Shown here: positions 52,701 through 64,000 of the stretch, piece by piece
How positions within the stretch are numbered: position 1 is the stretch's first letter
Layout of the letters: every line of letters begins with the position of its first letter
Assembly (NCBI GenBank): GCA_964016885.1
Contig: OZ024745.1
Coordinates: 81,964,001 to 82,028,000 of the forward strand
Origin: Eledone cirrhosa
Lineage: Eukaryota
DNA length: 64,000 nt
Reading direction: 5' to 3'
Program-made: the position numbers and the translations under genes
Notes under the pieces: model-generated
Databases searched by the model: none
Told to the model about the DNA's origin: nothing
What the model saw: only the letters and a program-made list of their open reading frames with translations

Positions 52701-53368
52701 TGCAGCGCTGGTTGGAGACTGTAATATCATTTTCGAACATGCCCCTTTACTTAACCCATTCTCTAGCAGAACAGTTCTGTGGAATCCCCTTCTGGTTTCT
52801 TGTTTTTCTGACCACTACAATTTGTAAATATTCAAAAGCAGCATCAATCATCAGCTTCTTTCTCTTTGAATTATATTTTCTCTGTTTTGTCTTCCTTCTC
52901 AGTAACCTCTTTCATTTTGGTAGTTTTATTGCCTTGCTTTGGGGGAACAAAAAGAAAAAAACGAAAACAGAAAAAATGTGGTAGATATTACAGGTTAGGC
53001 GGAAAAAGACACATTGGGACTTTATATGGAAATTTGGATTGACTGTAGAAGAATGGCAAGAATGATATCCAAGAGGTGTTAGTGAAAAAAACCCACCTGG
53101 ACTTTCTCGGAATCATCTTGACTAAATATAATCATGTTAGAGATATAACAGAAGAGATAAGATAATTGATTTTTTTTATAGCAAAGTAGAAACAATGAAG
53201 AGACGAGAAGAGAGTGAAACGCATCCTGGCTGAGAGAGATAGAGATATAGGGGGTGATAGAGAGGAGGAGGAAGAGAGAGAAACAGGGTGAGATGGAACG
53301 AGAGGAGGGAGAAAGAGAGGGAAAGGGAGAAAGAGAAAGAGAGAGGGAAAGGGGAAGAAAGGGAGATT

Positions 53369-53400
<32 letters not shown>

Positions 53401-53579
53401 CTATGTGTGTAAAGTTTGTGATAGGTACACCGTGAGCAAAGCTCAAACTCAAGTAAAGCCACCGAGAGACAGGAATTGAGAAGTTACTGTTAACTGTCAC
53501 ACATTATTACACACTAATCCTTCACAATGTCTTGGAGAATTAAGAGACTTGTCATACATATGTATATGTGGAGTATGGT

Positions 53580-54540
53580 TGAACAACACTACAATTACCA
53601 CCACTAATATTATCACCACCATTACCACCACCACCATTACTACCATTACAATCATCATCACCACTACTATCATTATTAACATCAACACCATCATCACCAC
53701 CAACATCATCATCGCTACCACCATCACCACCATTATCATCACCACCACCACCAACATCATCGCTACCACCACCACCATCACCACCATCAACAACATCATC
53801 GCTACCACCACCACCATCATCACCACCAACATCATCATCGCTACCACCATCATCACCAGTACCACCACCAACATAATCACCACCAACATCATCATCGCTA
53901 CCACCGTCACCACCATTATCCTCACCACCACCACCACCATCATCGCTACCATCACCACCACCACCATCATCATCGCTACCACCTTCACCACTATTATCCT
54001 CACCACCACCACCATCAACGTTACCATCACCACCACCACCATCATCATCACCAACATTACCAGCACCACCACCATCAACACCATCATCATCATCATCATC
54101 ATCATCTCTACGACGACGACGACGACCACCATCATTATCACCACCATCATCATAACCATCATTACCACAACCATTACCATCGACATCACCACCACTATGA
54201 CTACAACAACTAACATTATTACCACCACCACCACTATCACCATGACAACCATCATCACCACCACCACCATTATTATCATCGCTACCATCACCATCCTTAC
54301 CACCATCACGACCATTATCATCACCACCATCAGCACCATCACAACAACCTTCATCATTGCCACCACCACGATCATCACTACCATTACCACTACTCATCAC
54401 CAGAACCATTATCATAACCGCCATCATTATCACATTACCACCACCATCACACAACCACCGCCTTCACCACTATCACCCTCATCATTACCACCACCATCAT
54501 CATCATCACGACAACAACATCATCACCACCCCTACCACCA
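53580..54540. repeat. ~1-kb cryptic (CAC/CAT)n trinucleotide expansion
   Basis: Phase-locked ACC/ATC units produce spurious T/I-, V/M- and G/D-rich ORFs. Confidence 0.9.
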
Positions 54541-54629
54541 AAAGAACACTGCACATAACCGAGGCACACAGAGCTGCGCTCAGTAATGCCGTAACAACAA
54601 GCAATAAAAATAAGGTTAATGTTTATAAT

Positions 54630-55050
54630 ACTGGTTTTTGATTTAGGCATAGGGCCAGCAATGTTTTGAAGAGGGGGAAGTCGATTAAATCGACCTCAGT
54701 GCATTACTGGTACTTTATTTTATCGATCCTGTAAGGATGAAAGGCAAATCTCACCTCTGTGGGATTTGAACTCTGAACATAAAAGGCTGTAACTATATGT
54801 TGCAAAGCATGTTGTCCGGTGCTCTACCGACTTTATCAATCCATCACCATATTAATGTTTATAATAATTGTTTCTACTTTTGGCACAAGGCCAGCAATTA
54901 CCCAGTGCATTACTGGTGCTTTATTTTATCGACCCCGTAAGGATGAAAGGCAAAGTTAAGCTCGGCGGGATATGAACTCAGAATGGCAAGGGCCGTAACT
55001 CTATACGTCAAAGCATGGCGTCCGGCCATCTACCGATACTGCCAATCCAC
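54630..55050 (-). mobile_element. Two tandem SINE copies
   Basis: Both contain TTTATTTTATCGA...GTAAGGATGAAAGGCAAA...TGAACTC. Confidence 0.8.
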
Positions 55051-55906
55051 CAATAATAAATATAAATTTCTAAATTTAGCACGATATTCGATCATCCTGT
55101 TAGTGTGTATGTGTGAAAATTCGAACAACAACAATTTTATTTTCGACTGCAACCAGTCTTTTTCAGTCAAAATATTGATTTCTGGGCGTATTTTGAAATG
55201 AAAGTTATATCTACAGCTGCTTTCACATAAGGTCATACAGCATAGATGTGATTTATGGTTTCCTGCAGCTAGAAACAGATGGCATTCAAATTGAATGTTT
55301 CTACTGGTGTGTATATATATCTTTGATAATGGATATTCAGTTTGAGTTATACGTTATGATTCTTCTTACGAATGGTTCTTTCAAACAAAATATGATTACC
55401 GATTGTTACAAGGTCAATCGTTGCTTTAAGCCATTGCAATTAAATTGAGATTTAATTTTTCAGTTCTACAGGACAAATTTATGAAAACGTTCTCGAAATA
55501 TTTTCTTAGAAAAAATATTCAATAATTCGGTTTCTGTATTTCATTATGTTTCTTTTTGGTTTTAAACTGAAACTTTATTTACAGAAATATTTACACAAAG
55601 TAATAAGGAAATGAAGAATAGAAGAACAAGATTTGATGTCCGGCCAGTTACCTTTAGCCGATATACTATAAAGACTCATAATAAATACATATTTTCATTA
55701 TAATTGGAGCAGGTGTTTAATGTGAGCTATAAATATATATGTCAGAACCCATAACTTCTGGCGGAGTCGTAATGGCGCCGTAGTGTCATACAGCGTTTCT
55801 TAGGCATTATTTTAACTTGGCGGAGCTCATCCCATCTCCAGGTATGGATACAGCTTATTTCTTCCAGAGAAGAAGAAGAAGAAGAAGAAGAAGAAGAAGA
55901 AAAACG

Positions 55907-55959
<53 letters not shown>

Positions 55960-58613
55960 GGGTGGGAGAGAATGAGGAAGAGATGTAGAGGAAGGAACGA
56001 CCAAGTATTGGACTGGTACAATTTATCGACCTCGAATGGCTGAAAGGCAAAGTTGACTTCGGCGATATTTGAACTCAGAGCGTAAAAAGCTGGAACGAAT
56101 ACTGCCAAGCATTCTATCTAGATTTAAATATAAGATATTTATATTAAATTTATGCTAGTATAAAATATTTGTAGTTAGTCTAAAATATATATTAGTTAAC
56201 ACGATTTAAATTTTGTGTAGTACCGTCATTTAGATTGTAACACATCGTTAGGAATTATACCGAAGCAAACTTCATAAGCATTCAGCTTATATTCTAGATA
56301 ATTAGTGGTAATAGTAGATTATGAGTGAAAGTCATAATACTTTCACGTCAAAACTTTATTATTATTTAAAGCTTATTTTTCATGGCCAACTATTACCTGT
56401 CATTCAGTGTAATTTTGTATTGAATTGCTTTAACAGAACGGCCCTTTAACCCAAACATCCGAAGCTCCAAAATTGAGCCGATTGAGGCCGTTAACATTCT
56501 GCTTGAACGGCTACAAATCGGCTACTGTAGGTCAAATGTACAAAGAAGGAATTTCAGAGAGTTGACCGCATGGGGAAGAATGACTGGGCCCAGTGATTAG
56601 AATGGTGTTGGAGAGAAGAATTGATACATAATAGGTGGCGAGACGGTGAGAGAATGTTTAATTCTTTAAAATGTATACTATCCTCACAGTGATTATCATT
56701 CAAGCATCCGACTAATTTATTTACTGATACAAACAAATAAAATTGCTTTATCTTCAGGGAAGTTTTCCCCAGTTTTATTTGGAAGTGGTGTGTTCAATTT
56801 AATGAAACTGAAATTATCTGAAGCCATTAAACATATCCTACTTAAACGATCTAATTTAATGTTAAAAAATTTAATGCTGGGAGCATCGAAAATCTAACAT
56901 GTGACGAGGAAACTGAAGACAATTTTTGTGATTAACTAGTAATGTTTCAATTCTTTTTTTTGAGTACTAGAGAGAACTCCAGGCATGATTCGGTTTTGTA
57001 AGAGCTGCTCAGCTAAGCATAGAATTCATTGGACTTGCTAAAATAGTGATGAGTGATTTATTATGTAAACATATAACATGTGCACTTGTAGGAGCAAAAA
57101 AATCTAAAGACAATAAATAACCCTTAATCATTCTTCTACTGAAACAACAACTTTACAATAATTAATTAGGTATAGCAATTAGCTCCAAGTCACTAATTTC
57201 AAGTAGTATATTTAAAATCTTTTCAAAAACTATTTATCTTTCAGAATTCTGGATCCCACTTGGAAATATAAATAGCCCTGTCCATTTGAATAGATGTACT
57301 ATGTGATAGAAGTCCATGAGTTGTAGTAGAGCTATTAAATTTACAGGACAAATGTCCTTTGTGAAACAGTTGTTCAGAAACGAGAAAGTATGGTTGACCA
57401 TCTTAATTATATTCAAAAATCAATTTTGTAAAATTGGGACTCCCTTGTGACTTAGGTGACAACCTTTCAAGTGACCAACGGCTTCATCCTTGTGATGAAT
57501 GAGGTAGCCAGTTTTCAAGTAAGGGTTGGACGAGGTTTCGGGTCCCACCGACGTCACTTTCTTCCCGACGAGAATCATGGACATACAGACGTCCATGGTA
57601 ATGAAGATGGGAAGAGACCAGACCATTCTAAAAGACATTCATTCTTTTATTTTTTTCCTGGTTTCCGTTATTGAACTTTGGTCATGCTGGAGCACCGCTC
57701 TTAAAGGTTTTAGACGATCATATCGGTCCCCCGTACCTATGTCAGTTTGGTACTTATTCTGTTTTTCTATTTATCGAATAGCTAAGTTGCATTTTGACGT
57801 AAAAGGACACAAACCAACCTACCATTTTACCCATGAATACAGAGGCGCACGCACACACACAAACATGTACACGCTCACACACACACATGTAACCATGCAG
57901 AGGTTCATCGTATGTATTTTTTTTACTTTACATCTTTCATCTTCTCTCCCTCACATATTTCATCCCCTCTTATACTTCATATATTTCACCCTCTCCTCTC
58001 CCTCACATCTCTCACCGTCTCTCCTCTTCTTCACACCATTCACCCTTTCTTCTATCCCTAAATTACATTTTGTTTACTCCTCTGAAATATAGTGTTGATA
58101 GTAACAACAGTCACTGAATACAAATAGATTACTGAAATCTGTAATAATTTGTTTTCATTTAAATTCACAGTTGTTTTTGTTGCAATTGTTTGGTAAAACA
58201 ATCAAGTAGTATTAGCATAATATTTGAAATTAAATGAAAATTGAAAGACAAACATGTGATATGTTCTTCCGTTTTGCATATTTTTCGAGAAGCTTGTAAT
58301 GATATCGCTTGTATCTCACTACTTTTCCTTGTTCTTGATTTTGAATTTTATAGACGTTTTCAATAAATTTAAAATCTGTTTCATCACTGATAACTTTTCA
58401 CATAGAAGGTGGGCTATTTGACACTTTTGTAGAAACGAAATATGAAGCTCCGATGAACACATCGTTCACAATTACATTAAACGTTTTCAGAGGAGATTAA
58501 TCAAAATAATCAAAAGCAAACCACGGACTTGATGTACCGAGAACTTTCCTTTGACATTCAAAATCGTGTTAGCGATGTTGAGTCGTGCTTTTGTTGAAAA
58601 AATGACACTGACT

Positions 58614-58806
58614 CAAACCTGTCAATAGTCCCCGCCTGACGGGGAGATCTCCCACTCAATTTGGGGTGAGTGAGAGATGTCTTCTCTTGTAAAAATGTGT
58701 ATAACTTTCATTATGTAAAATCTCTCCATTTTGCTTCATTTCTCTCCTTTTCGGGGCACTTTTTTCATGGTACTCACGTTTAGGTTTTTAGGGGTTGGCA
58801 GGCCTG
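58614..58806. mobile_element. hAT-like MITE with 6-bp TSD (partial relative at ~30283-30398)
   Basis: Termini CAAACCTGTCAA / TTGGCAGGCCTG; CTGACT on both flanks. Confidence 0.65.
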
Positions 58807-58811
58807 CTGAC

Positions 58812-60130
58812 TTCCAGATCTATTTAAATTTCTACTAAATATGTGGCACCCACATATCTATATGTCTCCAATTTGGTTTTGACCACACATTGATAAACTA
58901 TGTTTTATACATGCATTTTCCATTTAGAGGACAATTGTTAGGTAGCCTGCCATTGCAGTGTGTCCGTGCAAAATGTATAGGGCCATCATTTGTTCTTGAA
59001 TTTGAGGTGGTATTCGAGATATGGGGATCCTGTGTTAGATTCCCACGTATGTTGTTTGATCCATCAATATGGTTGGGCGTATCTCTGCCTAATGTGGAGG
59101 GTTGAGAAAATGGTCGGTTAGTTGTTCTGATAGTGAAGTTAGATACTTGGTTAAGCTGGTTGTTGCTGTCAAAATTCCGGAGGCGCTTATTGTTTAATCC
59201 TATTATGAAATTGCTAAGGTTTGCCGTGGTAAAGTAGGACAACCAGGCTGTTCTTTTATTCAAGAGATCCTATGAAACCTGTGTGCGGGAGGAAAGCTTC
59301 ATTTAATAGTAGGGAGACTAATTTAGTAGTGACTAATTCAAGATGAAAGACTCTACTGTAATCTTTGTGTGATGGAAGTGTTAGAAATTATGACTAGATC
59401 AGATCTGTTGAACTCTCAACACGATAGAATGGGATTGGATCCTGTGTCTCTGTATCCACTCTACTAGAAATACTCCACCCTCCTTCTCACCGCTTTTATT
59501 CGTCTCGACGCCCGCTTATCCTTTCTGTTGTTGGTTTCTGTTGAGATAAAATCTAATACTTTGCCCCCAAGTTAATGTATCGCATTTCAACGATATCTTA
59601 TCATTTCTGGTCACTTTGGTCTCATTTCTTTTCTATTTTCTCTGCTCTCTTTTCTCTTCTTTTTCCTTCCCCTTTTCCCCTATCTACAATACACGAATTA
59701 AGTAGGTTTCTTTACCAGCCTTAGTCTTTCCTCTTTCTAAACTCTCTCTACTTATAACTTTTCAATTGGTTTGTAATCTCTCCCACCAAGTATCTATACT
59801 CGGTATATTTATTGTAATTCATGTATTTATTCTTTTCTTTATTTATTATCTTTATTTATTATTTTATGCGTGCTATTTTTGTTTAATATTTCTGTTATTT
59901 GTTTATTATATTTTGACTGTAGCTTTGTCATGAGTAAGTATTGTTTATTGCAGAAATGCGATACCTACACTTCGGAGTTAATTTCTTTCTGATGAATTGC
60001 AATCATAGAAACGCAATGCATACGAATGAGCATTGTATAATGTAGTCAGCAGATGTAGACGGTTATGTAATTGTACAGAAACATATGTTAAAAATTGAAC
60101 ACTCAATAAATTTCTCCTTCTGACCATTTC
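58812..60130. mobile_element. Penelope-like element with internal inversion
   Basis: Minus part: LSYFTTANLSNFIIGLN...CNGRLPNNCPLNGKC (linker before GIY-YIG); plus part from ~59350: CNLCVMEVLEI...LLN (GIY-YIG C-terminus), then 3' UTR. Confidence 0.7.
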
Positions 60131-61092
60131 TTCCTGCAATTCCTGGTACCATATTTACACATATATGTATGTGTGCATGTGCGTGTGCGTTTAAGACAGG
60201 AATTTGCATTGGATCAAATACTTTGCAGGATTTATTCAGGATCCTGGCAACAAGTTAATCTTTGTTTTTCATTCTTTCGGAGTAGGGGTCTGACACAGAA
60301 ACTGGACTGACAGGAGTATAGTAATAAAAAAACATTTTAGTTAGTGGTGTAGCTTGCTTGTAATTTCGCCACATTTTTATCGTTAAATTATTATTAAATT
60401 ACTTATCTAAATCGGCCGACAAGATCCCAAACCTCATTTGCTTACTGAGTGGGATGGAGCTCGTTCAATCGGACCAAGGAAACAATGTTTCCATTGGACT
60501 TTCCATTTCTGATACTCTCTACCGATCGCAACTTTTGGCAGAAGGAGCAATGTGAAATAATACATCACCCGATCCGGAATCGAAGTCACAACCTCAAAAT
60601 TGCGAACCCAATTCTCTAACCACTAAGCCACGCGTCTTCATAAATTACTGATTTAGATTCCATTAATAATAAATATGTACAAAATCTTACAAAGTTTGTG
60701 TCACTCGAATATATTTGATAATTCAATGATTTTATATAATATCTACTATCAATAAATAATTCTTATAACTTAAGATTATTTCGATTCTATCACTAATGTG
60801 CTTGAAGAAATATAAATGAGACAGAGAAACTTGTCTCGAAACGTGTCAAAGTTTGAAATAAATTGAGAAATTAGATTTTAAAATTATTAATTTTATATCG
60901 TTCTTAATATCAATTAATTATCCAGTGTATTTGATAGTTTGACATAGTTGAACTTGAAATCTCATTTTCATATTTCGATAGAAAATAATATTTGTTTCTT
61001 TCCTGTGTCTCTTCTCCGACTATCCTGTTTATCAGAATTGTCAAAAGAGAAATTACAGAGCTAATAATAATAATTGTTTCTACTTTTGACAG

Positions 61093-64000
61093 ATAATAAT
61101 AATAATAATGATTTCATTTATTGGCCACAAGGGCCGACATATAGGGGACAATACAAAAGACTGGGACAGTGGGGGTTTACATATACAACGTGTAAACAAT
61201 AATAACAATAACAAAATAGCAATAAGGGGGATGACCACCCAGGGTTCACTCAGGTACCCCACCAATCCTGAACGACCCGACGCTTTGAGAGCACCCGGGA
61301 AGGTCACCCCTCTCCTCCTCAAATTCAGCCACCTACAGGTGCATGATCAGAGTAGGTCCACTCACACGGGCCATTCTCGCCACATTCACCCACCGTTCAG
61401 CAAATGTACTGGGGGGCAGCACTTCTCTCTCCACCTTCACCTTCCTTTCAAAGTGAAACTTGAAAAAGTTGATGAGGGATTGGCCGAAGAGAAAAGTGTC
61501 TGTCTTCAGTCCTTTCAACCTAGTCCACTATACAACCCCTTTCGCTACTGCCACCAGACAGAGGAAGATTGCCTGCCCTTCGTGGCCAGGTCGATTTTCA
61601 CTATGGACTCGGCCGATAGCCGGATCCGTTCTACACGCGACAACAGCTGTTCAACATAATTCCACAAGTCAATAATGCACAGGCACTGGACGAGTGCGTG
61701 CAGAACGGTTTCGTCGCTCTGTGCGCATCTCGGGCAGGTCCGTCTGACAGCACTTCCGTGTTTGTAGAGTTTATCTCGAAACGGCAGTGCCTCCCGATAG
61801 CACTGTAAAGCGAGGGATTTTTGGAAATTATACATCGTCACCGGCTCGAAAGTCCTCCGGAACAGACTGGTTAGTTCGACTCCGAGTGCATCGTCGCACT
61901 TGCCCACCACTAATCCTCTATAGAACTCGAGAGTGGATGTTCCACTGACCGCATTGGCCGCCTGGTAGAGGGCAGTGGGTGCTGGCAACATTCCAGATGC
62001 CAGTCACCCAGTCTCGGTCTCTTCTTGACCCAGGACATCAGCTCAGTCAAAGAGACGAGCTGTGGAAAAGCCCGTCTGACAAACGGCGACCACACCTGTT
62101 CACTATTAAGGAAGAATATCTGGAGATGCCGCAATCTCAGCCTGTCTGCGCATCATTAGCTACGGCATGCCTAGCCCTCCACGAAGAAGGTGCTGGCAGC
62201 AGATGGACCGCCTCACCAACGGAACCTGACCCCTCCACAAGAATTTGAAGAGGCGCCGCTCCAAGTTCGCGAGGCGCGAACGGGGGAAAGGGACGACGGT
62301 CAGGCGGTAGTAGATGACGGACGCGATGTACGCGTTCGCCACCTCCGCCCGACTTTCAGTAATAGCTTCCTCGCAGCCCATTTCTGGGTGAGACTGGCTA
62401 CGCTGCCCGTCACCTCGTTCCAATTCTTATCCACCTGGAGGTCTGACCCGAACCAAACCCCGAGCAACTTTACCGGTCCGTCCGTCCAGCACCCAACGAC
62501 GCTGTTGGACAGAATGGACTTGCCTCTCCAGGTGCCGAGTTGCAAGCCCACCGACTTTTCCGGGTTAAGGTTTGCTCCCGTCAACCTTTCATATTCCTCC
62601 AATAAGTTGCTGACCACCTCGATTTCTGAGGTGTCCGACACCATCACGGTGATGTCGTCCGCATAAGCCGACACAGCCTTTCCGCGTCCCGGTTCGAGCG
62701 GGATGCCCTGCAACAGCTCCAGCTTCCGCAGTAAAGGCTCGAGAGTCAATACGTACAGAAGGTAGGAGAGAGGGCACCCTTGACGGACCGATAGGGAGAT
62801 CTGAAACAGTTCCGAGAGGTGGCTATTAACTTTGACGACCGAGCAGATGCCACAGTGCACTCACAGCGATCCAGATTCTGAAGACGGGACCGAAGCCAGC
62901 CGCCTAGAGGGCAGCCTCCAGGTACCGATGGTCGACCCTATCGAATGCTTTCAATTGATCTAAATTGATCAGATCCCCACCGAAGCCAGGTTTACACTCA
63001 ACCCTCTCTATGATGTATCACATCAGGTGGAGGTTGTCGTGTATGGACCTGGTTGGGATTGCGCAAGTTTGCGCCTCCCCAACCAAATCCTCGACGACAA
63101 GCGCCAACCTCTTCGCTAAAAATCTTAAACTGTGCCAAACTTGGCCAAAATCTTAAACTGTGTAGAGCAGTTATGGGCCTGAAATTGTCTAATGTGTCCC
63201 TCTTGTTCTCGTCTTTCCTTAGCGTCACTACGCCCCGGCTCACAGAACTGGGAATACTCCCGTTCTGCTGCGAGTTACAGTAGAACGCTTCGAGGAGATC
63301 GGAGAACAAGTCTGGCATATTTAGGTAAAGCTCGTAGGGCAGATATCCCAAACCGAGTGACTTGCGCCTGTTGCAGCCAACAAGGGCATCCTGAATCTCC
63401 GCTGAAGTAATCGGCCTTTCGCAGCGCTCAGCGTCGAGAGTTGCGGCAAGCCATCGAGGTAGGGACTGAAGTCCACCACCGTCTCTGACCCGCCACTTCC
63501 CCCCGAACAACCGAACAAAATGTTGGCGAAAGGCCTCACACATCCGCTTGGAATCGCTCAGCTCGTGTCCATCTCGGTCCGTCAAAGACCGAATTGTGGT
63601 TTTATTACCACGCTGCGCATCTGCCACGCGGGCCCATCGAACAGCTTTGGTTCCCTCGTTTCTCAGAGCACGCGCCTTAGCTCTGACAATGCAACCTTCG
63701 TGTTTCACATTGAAGAAATGATCTAATGCCATTCTCGCCGCTAGCACGTCAGTTGCAATGCCACTACAAATAGCCTCGTCTAACTTATCTACCAACTCCC
63801 CTCCTTTCTATTTTTCTCTAACGCTACTTCTTTGATAAAGCATGTCGACATTACTCTAAGCTCTCTTTTGAGAGCCCCCCACCATCTATTGTTGACGACT
63901 TCCCCTGTCAACTTTTTCTTAACTAAATTGTTGACCTGGTCCCTGTAAGCTTTACGTGCCGGAAATGACATGTTCAGCTTCCAGTAACCAGGTCCTAACC
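61093..64000 (-). mobile_element. Tx1/L1-clade LINE ORF2 (RT, zf-RVT) and 3' end with (ATT)n tail; runs off the window
   Basis: GYWKLN, FRPIT, AFDRVDH, SVRQGCPLS, AYADD, GGLGMP, CPRC...ETVLHALVQC; several frameshifts. Confidence 0.92.

Noticed and set aside
53497-54586. Three overlapping ~300-aa ORFs (T/I-, V/M-, G/D-rich)
   Set aside because: By-product of a stop-free (CAC/CAT)n tract; no domain or splice support
60560-60640. tRNA-like sequence (also at 29926 and 11200)
   Set aside because: SINE heads with A/B boxes followed by SINE bodies; no complete cloverleaf
60811-60850. GAGACA...TGTCTC-GAAAC-GT-GTC hammerhead 3' half
   Set aside because: CTGANGA core absent; at most a decayed relic

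Overview
Eukaryotic, AT-rich, microsatellite- and repeat-dense DNA, most likely cephalopod (octopus-like). The organism call is inferred from recollection of the recurrent tRNA-derived SINE and the LINE mix, not verified. Only one host gene is supported: a spliced, minus-strand single-BIR (IAP-family) gene with exons at 1556-1689 and 4928-5178, and possibly 5362-5428. The rest is transposon-derived: CR1, RTE, CRE, Tx1/L1 and R4/Dong LINEs, Penelope-like fragments, SINEs, non-autonomous Helitrons, a solo LTR and several MITEs. Most supplied ORFs are microsatellite artefacts or decayed LINE pieces. Main observations: (1) a Merlin-like TIR element (7794-8801, perfect 8-bp TSD) carrying a captured RMND5 first-exon fragment, i.e. 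a 'Pack'-type element; (2) an adjacent Merlin-like fold-back element with a histone-mRNA-type 3' stem-loop in each arm; (3) short fold-backs with hammerhead-ribozyme-like cores in their loops; (4) a Helitron-bounded ~5.2 kb tandem duplication overlapping a ~16 kb quasi-palindrome (5.4 kb arms) whose inner junction shows template-switch scars. All coordinates were read by eye and may be off by a few bases.
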